Below, piece by piece: positions 34,689 through 46,600 of a stretch of DNA of 64,000 nt (its first letter is position 1; every line of letters begins with the position of its first letter). Both the position numbers and the translations under genes were made by a program. The notes beneath the pieces were generated by a model. The model saw nothing but the letters and a program-made list of their open reading frames with translations. It ran no database searches and had not been told where the DNA came from. Source of the DNA: Botryllus schlosseri (Eukaryota); NCBI GenBank assembly GCA_051294905.1, contig CM119383.1, forward strand, positions 7,998,001 to 8,062,000, given 5' to 3'.

Positions 34689-37600
34689 TCACACGTTGGT
34701 CGGTTGACAATGCTCGGTGAAACTGATGTGGCCTATGTCCCGGATCGGAGAGTTCCACACGGCGGAACTGGTGCGCTTGAAATATCGAGCCTTCGTGCCC
34801 CTGAACACGTCCGCCAGGTCCAGGGGCTCGCCAAGCAGGCCGACGAATATCTCGCTCAGTTTCGGCACGTGGTAGTACTGCTTGATTAGCGAGTTACGCA
34901 GCGGGCCGCCTGAAAAAGACGACGGTGCCGTTACCTGAACCTTACCCGAGGGTGGGCTATGATTACCAGCTACACGAGAGGGTTCTCAACAGGTGGGTCA
35001 CACAGAGCTATTTAAAATATCATGAAGGTGGTGATAAGTTGAAGTTCTAGGCAGTTGATTTTTTTAGGCAAAGCTAGATGCAGAATGGTTATTACTAGTG
35101 TTGTTAGTCACTATGCGTTGGTCGCAAAGATGCATCTCTCAATTTCTAGAGTAGCCACATCTGATCAACTGCTGAAACTTTGCGACACATCGGCAAAAAT
35201 CCAGGGTTGTAATGACCCGAGTTACGATTTTTTTTGGTGACTCGACTTGAGTCATTTTGTCAAATGCGTAAAATGACTAGACTCGAGTCAATTTGTGTTT
35301 TGACTCGACTTGTACTCGAGTCATTGTGCATGACTCGTGACGAGGACGGCCAAGACAAAGATTTCATTGTAACTTCGAACAGTAAAGTCACCACATTATT
35401 TGTATTTCATCTATCAGTCCTGATACTAGGAAAATGATACGATATTATGAATGCGACCCATTCTATATCACTTGAGCAAAGTTTTAAAAAAATGGCATGA
35501 ACGGGATTGAACTCAAAACTGAATAGTGAACACAATGACTTGGACTAGAGTCGCAACACTATGACTCGACCCTCTAATCACTGACTCGGACTTGACTCGG
35601 TTGCGAATCGAAAACGACTCGAGTCAAAACTATAAAAGTGAGATTGAGTTATGACTCGGACTTAGTTCCAACCCTGGCAAATCCACTTTTTGAACTCACA
35701 TACTTTCCATACATTACACTTTCTACTAAACTTAGTTTTGACATGGCATGGGAATTGCTTCTTCTACTGGAAATTCAAATCGTTATTCTTCTGCTACGGT
35801 ATTCAAGCGGCAGCGCTGACTATTTTGATAATGTCTCTGGTGAATTTTCGTAAATATCAAAGCATTACTTCTTTGCTCTGAATAACTCAGCCAACGCTGG
35901 TCGATTATACTAGCCAAAGATCAGCAGCCAACACCAAACTTGACCAACATCATAAAAACACTACCTTTCGCCCATTTAGGGACGGTCTTCCGCGGCTGCT
36001 CGTCATCGTCAGTGCTGTCGCCGCTGGAGATGTCGGCGATGTTGTAGTTTTCCTCGGTGGAAGGTTCAAATTGCTTAGGAACGTGAGGCGTCATATCGTA
36101 CGACTGGAAATATGGAGGAAAACAAATGAAATAATACGAAGAGATGGTCAAACTAGTCAGTGCTGCTAATCAAGTTAGCATCGAAACTACAATTCTCGTT
36201 GACAAATAAACTCACACTACAAAATAATTACGTATTTTCTGGACCACAAATAATAATCCGCTTCAATCACTAACGGACAGAAATATTGCTCCCTGAATAT
36301 TAGTACAGCTCGATAACGCCTACCGACCCGAGAAAGTGTACTCACGGAGACGTTGTACGTCCCGTTAAGGTTTGGCGAAGTCTGGCCCATCTCTATCAGG
36401 AGCTGCTTCTGTTTTTGCTGCTCCTCTTTCAGCAGCTTCAGTTTCTCGTTGGCCGCCTGCGTCGATCGTAAATTCAAAGGAAAAAAGCCATGTTGTATTC
36501 GTGAGGATCGAAAATAGCACCGTGCGCGAGTAATGCCGCGATTCGTATAAACACGATGGAACACTTTTTTCCGCACCAAACTAGTAGCGCATTTTGATTT
36601 GCAACATACCGGCGTCACGTATATAGTTTTTCGCATATTCTTCAGAAATGCGACTAAATCCGACAATATTTCGGATTTCAACATAATTTCGATATGAGCG
36701 TATTGCTGCAATGTAAATTAAAATCAAGGGCGGTCAGCAACAAAGTACTTTTATCTTTTTAGACTACTCAGGCAAGTGATGCTTTTGGATAACTTCCACT
36801 TCTACTCGACAGTTTCGAGGCAAAATTACTTGCATTTTATTACAATTTCGATTGCGAAAAGTAAAAAGCAGTTTTGGGACAAGCGAAAACCCATGAAATA
36901 GTTAGTAATATTTCACCGATTCGTAGGGTCATAGACATTTCGCGCTGGTCGCTAAAATCCATTTAGACATCGCGTAAGTACTGATAAAGTATGCGCACTC
37001 TAGGCTAAATTTACATTGCGAAACTATGTACCGAGTACTTTCAACCTCATCATTTCTACTTGAACTAGAAACGCCATCACCTGAGTACCCACCTTCGGTT
37101 AACAGCTAACATATGCGACCCCTCGATCAAATCAATTTTTTTAGGCCTTCCATTGCCTACTCGCGCTAGAATCAGTGTCGACATGTCTCACATGTTGCTA
37201 CTTCGGTTTGCAATTCACATTTACGACGTTGCTTCTACTTCTACACAAGTAACAACGCCGACCTCTTTGACCGGCCCCGATTAAAACCCCAAAGCCGCAA
37301 ATCGACAGACCTGAATCTTCGCCTGATTCTCCTCTTCCCTTTTCTGTTTTTCCTCCTCCCGTTTCCGTTTCTCTTCCATCCTCTCCTCCTCGCGCCTCTT
37401 CTCCGCCTCCTTGCGCATGGCCTCCTTTTTCTTGCGCAGCTCCTCCGTCCTCTTGGCTTCCTCCTCCTGCCGCCGCCGGGTTCTCTCCTCCTGTTCGGCT
37501 TTGGCCTTCTCTTGCTTTTTACGGCGCGCCTCCTCGCGCTCTTTGCGCTGCTTAGCTTCCTCCTGGCGGCGTTCAGATTCGTCCTCCTGTTTTCGGAGAG

Positions 37601-40600
37601 CTTCTTTCTCTCTTTCCGTGGTTTCCTGTTCTATTGCGGCCGCCTCTGCGTTTTTCTTGTCGATTTCAGCCTGAATATTGGACTATTATTGAGTTACTCG
37701 TATGTAGAGAGAGCATGAACGATTCTATCATCGTCTCGCTTATAATATCGAGTCCACATCACATTTCCAGTAGTAGAATTATCATCTGCAATTGCTGGAC
37801 TGAACATATTGACATCCTTCTCATACAGGTGACCAGATGCAGCCATTTAGTTTATTTCATGTCCAAGCATAGCTATGGATGTAAAGCTGTTCGAAGAAAT
37901 GCTTCGAAGTTTTGAAAATGCGTCCTAAGTCAGATACCACTGTTTGTAATAGCACAAGCCAATTTTTCAAACGCGTAAAATGACTCGAGTCATGTGCATG
38001 ACCCGAACCAAGTCGTATGACTCGAGACTAGGACGGCCAAGACAGACATTTCATTGTAACGTCGAGGAATAGTAAAGTTACCATATTGTTGGTATTTCGT
38101 CTATCAGTGCTGATACTTGGAAAATAGGGCCAGAAACTGTTAAGACTGAGGAACATTACGATATTATGAATGCGAGACATTCATTATCACTCGAGTAGAA
38201 TTGAAAAAAGTGGGTTGAACCGGAATGAACTCAAAACTGGATGGCGAACATAATGAATTGGACTCAATTCAAAACACTACGACTCGGTGAATTGAAAACT
38301 CGACTCGAGTCAAACCTATAAAAGTGAGAGTAACTTGTGACCCGGAACCTTGCGACTTGGTTACAACCCTGCTAGATACCTTGTCTTTTGAATATTGGGG
38401 TAAATATCTCGGAGTTATCGCTGAAGGTGCAAGATACTATTGGTTTCATCGGTACCAGCTAAAAATGCAATATTGGTCGGGCTCCAGTCAAAGGTCAACG
38501 AGACCGGACAAATGCAAAGGTGGGTAAATTGCCTCAGAAGCAGGGATGTGGGATCTTTGTTAAATTATAGTCGATGAAGTCGTAGTCGCATCCTGATCGG
38601 AGTCAAAGTTTGGTAAAATGCTCCCACTCTGACACCGACTCCAACTACTTCAATACCGAACCGAATGTTTACAAGTGTCACTAAGAAAGTGTTGTTGTAG
38701 TTACAGAAGTTACCAAGTTTTTCACGTGGGCTGCACATAGGCGCACCCTCACAAACTTAAATCTAGGTCAAAACTACATCGGGGTTAGGTAGAAAACTTG
38801 AGTACACTAATCCCCAACTTTATATTGTTAAATATTTGTTCAACATTGTTCATAAGAGTCAACTAATTACTGGATAAGCCACCGTTAGATAAGTTGTTGC
38901 ATTTGTTCCGCAAACCACAACATTAGCTATACACGATGCTGTATATCAACACCACATATCCATACCAAGTTTTAGATATGCTCGTATGATTGATGATAAT
39001 TGAGCGGGAAAATAGCAAATTTACATACCTGCACCTTTCTCTTCTTCTCGTTCTCTTCCTTTTTCTTCCTCTCATTCTCTTCCTTCTCGAGCCGAGCTTG
39101 TCTCAGACGATCAGCCTCGGCCGCTTTCTTCAATTTCTTCTTCCTGTCCTCCTCGGCCTGCTCTTTCTCGGCCTGCTTGCGGGCCCGGTCAGCCTCCTCG
39201 CGCCGTGTCCTGAGAGAAACGAGGTGCAAAGACTCGTTCTCACCATCGCAACTTTACAGACTCACTTTTCCGCAGCTTTCTCCGCAGCCTCCTGTTCTTT
39301 CTGCTGCTTCTGCTCCTCGAGACGTTTCTCTTTTTCTTGCTCCTGCGGCCGAAATACATGTGGTGGTGATTACAATTGGTTGTGGTTAGATGGTTGCCAG
39401 TGAATTCGGCACATGATGAATTAGAAATGCATTAGAAATGTAACCATTATCATTATGAAAGGAATGCATCAATATTGTATTAATACTTTCAAAAATGGAT
39501 ATTTAACTTGGCATGAATTGTGATATACGGTAATCGGTAAATTTAGCATGTTCAACTTGACATTAAAAATATATATTATTATGAAAATGATACATCAATA
39601 TCGTAGCAAAACATTAGAAAAAAAATGAAAATTCAACTCAATGCCGAATTCACTGCTGACTGTTCAAAGTAGTCGTTACTCGAGTAGCGGCAATTCCGAG
39701 TAACTAAAAAAGTGAGCATTCTGAGCCTTCTTTTGTGGAGTAGAAGAAAATTTTTACCGCTTGGGTATTACACCAAGTACTATATCTTGGCACAGACAAC
39801 TCGAGTAAACTTCTACTCAATTGTGAGATGAAATATCGCTTTTTGAGACCGTAAAATCTACTTTGAGTGCAACTAACTAGGCCCGCAATTAACTAGTTAA
39901 GTAGTTCGTAAAAGATTTTGGTCAATGTATTAAACACATTTTCCAATTGATTGGAGGTGGCTAGTTCCGATAGTGCAAGATGCGTCTTCGCATAATGAGC
40001 AGAAACACACTGAAACTCAATCCGCAAACATACCCCAATACTACTCATCCTATTCTAAAGCGTCAAAAGCAAATAGTGCCTCCCGACAACTATCAAAGTA
40101 TTCGTGGAAGTAGTCTAAAACAGTGTTCATCTAACGTTTTGACCTCGAGGACCGGTAAAACTAAAATACAAAGGCTGCGGACCGGCAAACCTACAAAAAT
40201 CCGAATTAACCCCCTTATGTAACTCAAATATAATATTGGAAACTTCAATTAATGCTGTATTTTTGTTATTAGATATTTTTACGCTGCAAGGCGAAGCTCA
40301 CGAAGTCATGAAGACCATAAACTTGACTGCGAATGTATGCCGATGAAAGAAATGCGACTTTGCTGTTTGCTATAGCCTCTCTTACACTGCCAAAGTGCAC
40401 TGTTAGAATTTAACCAAGGTTGTTCGAAAGTCATCGTAACTTTGACAATATAAGAAACAAGCTGTAGGTTACTTTTAAACAGTTTCGCACAACACTTCGT
40501 ACGCCCAAAGAAGACCATGCATTCTATGTCCCGACGCCATGCGCAAAAGTACCTTCCAAACATCAAAGTAAATCTAAAATTTGATGTTCTACGTTTGCAA

Positions 40601-43600
40601 TTAATGGCCAACTTTTTGCATTTTGAAATCGAGACAGGTTAGGTAAAAAAATTGTCAAAATTGTCTACAGAGTCAAAATTTTTTTGCAACCTGCGTCTCG
40701 TTTGTATCGTAGATGTTTGCGCTGTCAGTTAACTCATCATTTGTCATTGTACAGCTTCTAGCCTGCTTTATAGGCCTACCGGTTGTAGAAGGCACATTGT
40801 CTGCTAATCGTGAATCATAAACGGTCAAATGAAGCTAATAGTGTTGTCAGTGTTGTCAGTCAACAACTGCTGCTGTTGTTGAACGTTCTTTCTCCGTTCT
40901 TGGCAAGGTACTTTGTAAGGACCGACACTTTCTACCCGAGAATGCAGGGAATTGTCTTTCGTTGTACTACAAAATTTTTCAATCATTCCTGACATAACGC
41001 GTTATGTAACTATTGGGATTTTTCATGGGTCCAGATCAGGGTTGTAATGACTCGAGTCACGATTTTCTGATGACTCGACTTGACTCGAGTCATTTTCTCA
41101 AAATACTGAAATGACTCGACTCGAGTCATTGCGCATGACTCGCACCAAGTCATATGACTCGAGACTCAGACGGCCAAGACCAACATTTCATTGTAATTTC
41201 GAAGCATAGGAAAGTAACGACCCTATTGGGATTTTGTCTATTGATACTGGTACTTGAAAATGCAACCGGATACTGTTGAAAGTGAGGAAAATTTGTGTAT
41301 TATAAATGCGAGCCATTCGATATCACCAAACAGAGTTATAAAAGTGGGTTTAACAAAACTTTGAATGGAAACTGAGCAGTCAACACAATGACTTGGACTC
41401 GGACTCGCTTCATAATACCATGACTCGAACCCCTGCTCGATGACTTGGACTCGGACTTGACTCGGTGGTGAATTGAAAATGACTCGAATTGACTTGAGTC
41501 AAAATTATAAAAGTGATAGTGACTTGTGACTCGGAACCTTGTAACTTGGTTACAACCCAGGTCCAGATTTCGTTAAAACAAAGTAAAATAAAAACCCACC
41601 TGCTCCTTTATCTTCTTGGTACGCTCCTCTTCGCCCTTGCGCGCGGTCTCGGCCGTGTCCATCTGCTTTTTCTTCAAAATCTTTCCTTCCGCCTCCTTCT
41701 CTTTCTTGCGCAGCACTTTGACGTTGTCGGCGTTCTCCACTTTCTTTTCCCACTGCTCGATCTTTTTCACTTTCTGGCGCTGCTTCTCTTCCTCGCGCTG
41801 CAGGCGTTGCGCGGCGGCGCGCAGACGTTTCTCTTCCTTTTTCCTGAGACGAGACGCACAGACGTTTGCCAATCTCATGAATCAATTCTGACCAGAGGCT
41901 GTTGGTAATAAAGTACTTCAAGAAGATTTTTCCTGCTTGAACTATTTACTCAAGTGGCTATGAGTTAAGATTACTTCATCTTGACAGTTTTCTAGACAAA
42001 ACTAGGTCTGGAATGCTTACTTGTAAATCGCTACTTCTTTTGGAGTATTTGATCACCTTGTTTGATTCTGAATTTGATATATTTTTCATTTTCAATTAAG
42101 AATTCAATTTCCAAGTATTTGCGAATGCAGTAAATTCAATTGTGATCTAATTTGGCAAAAAGCTGAAAACTTTCCAATTCTTAAACTCGGTTTGAGACAA
42201 CAGCTCAATAAAACTCGTGTTCAGACCAGACATTTTTAATGCACATCGCTGGTTCGCAGATTATTAGTCATCATCACACGTGCATCACACAAAACTTTTC
42301 GATTTTCAGATTAGAAATCAAAGTCATTTTAAAAGCAGCAAAAGAAATCCTACGACTCCAGTGCAATTCCGTATGAACTTGCCGACACCCGGGACAATCG
42401 TGCCAGTCAGCCCAACGCGCATATTGAAACAATATCAGAGCAACTAACAGCATTGTGACCAGGCTGAAAAGCAAAGACAGCAGAGACATACAATCACTAT
42501 TTCAAATCATACTGGGTGGTATACAACTAATTCAAGTGATCGGTCAAATGGAACGAATTTGTAATCTGCTGTGCAATGTTGCTAGAGGACATCCAACGGG
42601 AGAGGTCAAATTATCATTCCTTCACGGCAGGGACGTTGGACTATCTATCGAGCAACTGCTGACCGTAGTGAATTCTTGTACATTATATATTTGGACTGTT
42701 CGAAATACCACATTTTTTAAAATTTCACTGGCTACTTGATCAAATTGTTAAGGTTGCCAGAGCAAAGATTTGGATATAATAAATAAAATTAAAGACTTTT
42801 CAAATTTTACCGACTATCCCATGAAATTGTTAGGTTGTCTAGAATAACGATGCATATAAAATTTGGCTCAATTCAAACCACTCCAACCAGTCTAATTAGA
42901 ATTATCTAGTATTCTAGTTAGACAGCTTCTTGGAGGTACAGAATCTCCACACAATTGAAGAGTATACTCATATTGAAATAAACCCAAATATTTTCGGCTG
43001 AAACTCGTCAGGGGTAATTGGCAGCAACTAGTAGAGAATTCAACAGAACATCGTGTATCCACAATCGTAGCACAAAATACGACGTCACCAGCATGAAATG
43101 TCGAATACGAGAGCGTTCAATGTACTATTTTTAGATAATATACGAACTCTTTTTGTTAACACAGCCTCGGCTGGTGTATTAAGATAAAAGTCGCCTCCAA
43201 GGCACACAACATTATTATCCAACAAGTGTTAGCCAATTGCAGAATTTATGGCCTTTGATTGTTTCGCATCAATCATTTCATGCTGGTGACGTCATATTTA
43301 GTGATACGATTGTTGACATACGATGTTCTTTATAATTCTATACTAGTTGCTGACGATTACCCCTGACGAGTGTCAGCCGAAAATATTCGGGTTTATTTTA
43401 ATATGAATATACTATTCAATTGTAAATTATCAAGAGACAAAACACCCACTGTTTCCGCTCCTGCAGCTCCTTCTGCTTTTCCTCTTCCTTTTTCTTTTTC
43501 GCTTCTTTCTCCCTTGCCTCTTTCTCGCGTAACTGTTCCTCCCTCTCAGCCTGTTGTTCCTGAGCGAGAAAAACACGCAAAACGTCATAAAAAACAAACC

Positions 43601-46600
43601 ACTCGCAACAAACCCAACACCCTTACCGCGAACGTCTTCGGTTTCTGCGGGGTGTGCCGTTTCAGGAAGGACTGAATCCCTGTGGGCAGGTTGTTAGGCC
43701 GCGACGGGGTCAGACGGTTCATGCTGACCGCGGGGTTGAACTGGAACAGGCCCGGGCGCGTCCTGGACACGCTGGGCGACGCGGTGCCCGGGGTGCGCCT
43801 CGAACGGCTCGCCGCGGTGGACCGGTTAAGAAATGTGTTGCGACTCTGAAACGCATAGTATTATTGAAGAATTCCCTGCCTGTTTTCGACGGGTTAACGG
43901 TGAATTCGGCATTGGAAATGTAATGAATGTGAATTGCGATATATGGCACTTCATGAATTCGACAATAGAATTGTATTAACTATTATTATTACGGAAGTGA
44001 TGCATCGATGTTGTATTGATATATGTGACAACGAATGTTTAAATGAATATGAATGCAAATTATGACATAAGGCAATTGGTATTCAAGTATTATTGATTGA
44101 TTAGGGGTGGCCAACATATGGCCGTCTACACTTAATTGAATTGTTGGCGGCCGTCAACATACAATTGGAAATCAAGACTAGAATTAAAATCTGATAAATT
44201 TGGGACCTAGCTTCAAAGTTTGCTTATCTGTTTCTGATGTATAAGTGTCAATCTGAGCCCCATGGTACAGATGCGAATCGCTTAGGAAAATGATGAACTA
44301 CCAATTCAGAATCACATTTGCGGCACGAATATGTTACGTTTGGGCGATTACGATATATATTTTGACAATACCGGCAATCCTGATGGGAGATAAGGAAATA
44401 GCTACACACAACAAAGTGATTAATAACAACCCAAAGATGAACCATCATTAATTTTCGAAGACAACCCCTATCGTCAGCTCAACGGTAAATCTGATCACGT
44501 GGGTTGAGAAAGCATAAATCAGTGATATTAATAGGTGGAACTACCGATATTATCGATGAAATTCATTCATGAATACAAATAACTTTTCATAGCATTAATA
44601 CTCGCGATATCCATGCGTGTAGCACGCCTGCGGGCGCGTTCTGCTTCCAGAATTACAAACTTTTACGGCAAGGTATTTCACACAAAAACAGGGATTGCCA
44701 GAAACACCACAAGGGCTCTGCGCGGTACAAAGTCCCCCAGGTAGTCAATTTAACATGTATATACGGAGTGAAGATAGGACATTACCACCGTCAGCTGAAC
44801 ACCCCTGGTTTAGGGATAGGATAGGGTCGATGTAGGTTACGAATAGTATTAGGGGCCGCCTAGTGCCGAATTCACTGGTAACCCTGGCAACAACTGATTA
44901 AAACAAAAATCTCAAACTCAAACCATGCACAAACATGCAAAATAACGTCGGGCACAAATCGGGTTACCTTGCGCTGTGGCGCTTTCCTCTTCGCCTTCTG
45001 TTGGCACAACGGGCTAGCGCACTTGATCAACTGTGACCACAAAATAGACAGTCTGACTATGCGCCATGCAAAGACTCCCAGACAACGCACGTCGGGAAGT
45101 GCATTTCGAGACGGGCCACAGAGTTATAAGGAAAATCGCACAAAGTCGGTGAAAACGATATTTATATTCAAGAAATTTTTAAAACATAGAACAATCTCGT
45201 ATCGTCTCATTCAGGGGTTACCATACTTTTTTACACCGTGGGCCACCTTTCAAAAATTTCAAAAATCAATAGTACCCTATTGAATATGTTAAATGTATTA
45301 TAGATATAATACAAATAAATACGGCAGCACATTAATTGGTTATTACATATTCAGTTAATGTGATCGCTAATCTTGTTTTTGCTTTGATAATACCTTAATA
45401 ACATGTTTGTTGGTTGTGTTGAGAATATAAACACAGGATCCAGAAGTAGCTTATTGCTTTAATGATATTTGCATTAAATTTCAATTCATTTTTTGTTTTG
45501 TTATAGTCGAGCAACTTGAAGATGATATATCTAGTCTAATTTTTCACGGTTACCTATAAAAGGGCTCGTGGCCCCGTAGGCCAACCTCCATGGTCAAATC
45601 CAGACAATCTACCAATTTAGTGAGTGAACTGGTTTTTGAGTGGCTTCAGTTCGCACTTCCCACCCATGACACAATTATCTGTTGTGGGTAGAATAGTTAT
45701 GTTCTGCGGTTTTCCGGCGTTAGCAAAAGACCATCGATTCAATATGTACCGGATATTCACTGGTGTGACAAAATAAGGGCATCTATCTGTCGATCCATCT
45801 ACATATTAGATAGCTCGGTCAGTAACATGATAATAATGTTAGTTAATACGAAAACCCACCTTCTTCGGTCGCCCTGGCGACATAAATCCACTGCTTTCCA
45901 CCTGATCGATTGCTCTTTTATGGCGTCCTACATTCGGAGTCGGTTTCGTGACTCCTAAACAATCAACAAAGACATAGAGACGGCGTCTAGTCACAAGGCG
46001 TACAACTACTCACTTAAACGACTCGCGGAGTTTAACGGACGAATCGGTTTCACAATTTTGGGACGTTTCGTCGCCGCTGTCTCGCTGCTGTCATCTGTGT
46101 CCGAGGTTTTGTCTGCAGAAGAAACAAAGTAAATGAACAAAATCAACGCCAGCGATTTGATAGTTGTGACCGCCAGGTGAAGCAGAGATGGGGCTTCGAA
46201 AATGGCAAAATATTTTTCAGCATCAGCATAATTTGATTCAGAAAAAGCTTTTCCTTGCGGCCTCTTGAGGGTTGATAAAGGCCGTTGTTTTCAGGGCTTG
46301 GCAAACTAAAAACGGTGTAGAAGTAGAGCCCGTCTAAGATCATAAGCACTCAAGTAAAACAAAGAGCAGAAGAAGCGATTTCCAAATGAGAAAGTATTTC
46401 CAGTATTTCAGGCCTAGTTTTGCCTAGGAGACTGAAAATTCTGCAGAATTAAGCTAAAATAATAAGCACACGAGTCAGTAGTGCAAGTATGAGAGTAGAG
46501 TGCCAGCTCGAAAAGCTTTGGGTTTTAATATACTTACGTCATGAAAATACTATGAAAATGCACAATAAAGTTCAGTACTCCAAAGTCTCATGAAATAATA

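Noticed and set aside
37411-41921. Plus-strand F/S/L-rich ORFs (37411, 38990, 39000, 41513, 41616)
   Set aside because: They are antisense shadows of INCENP E/K/R-rich exons.
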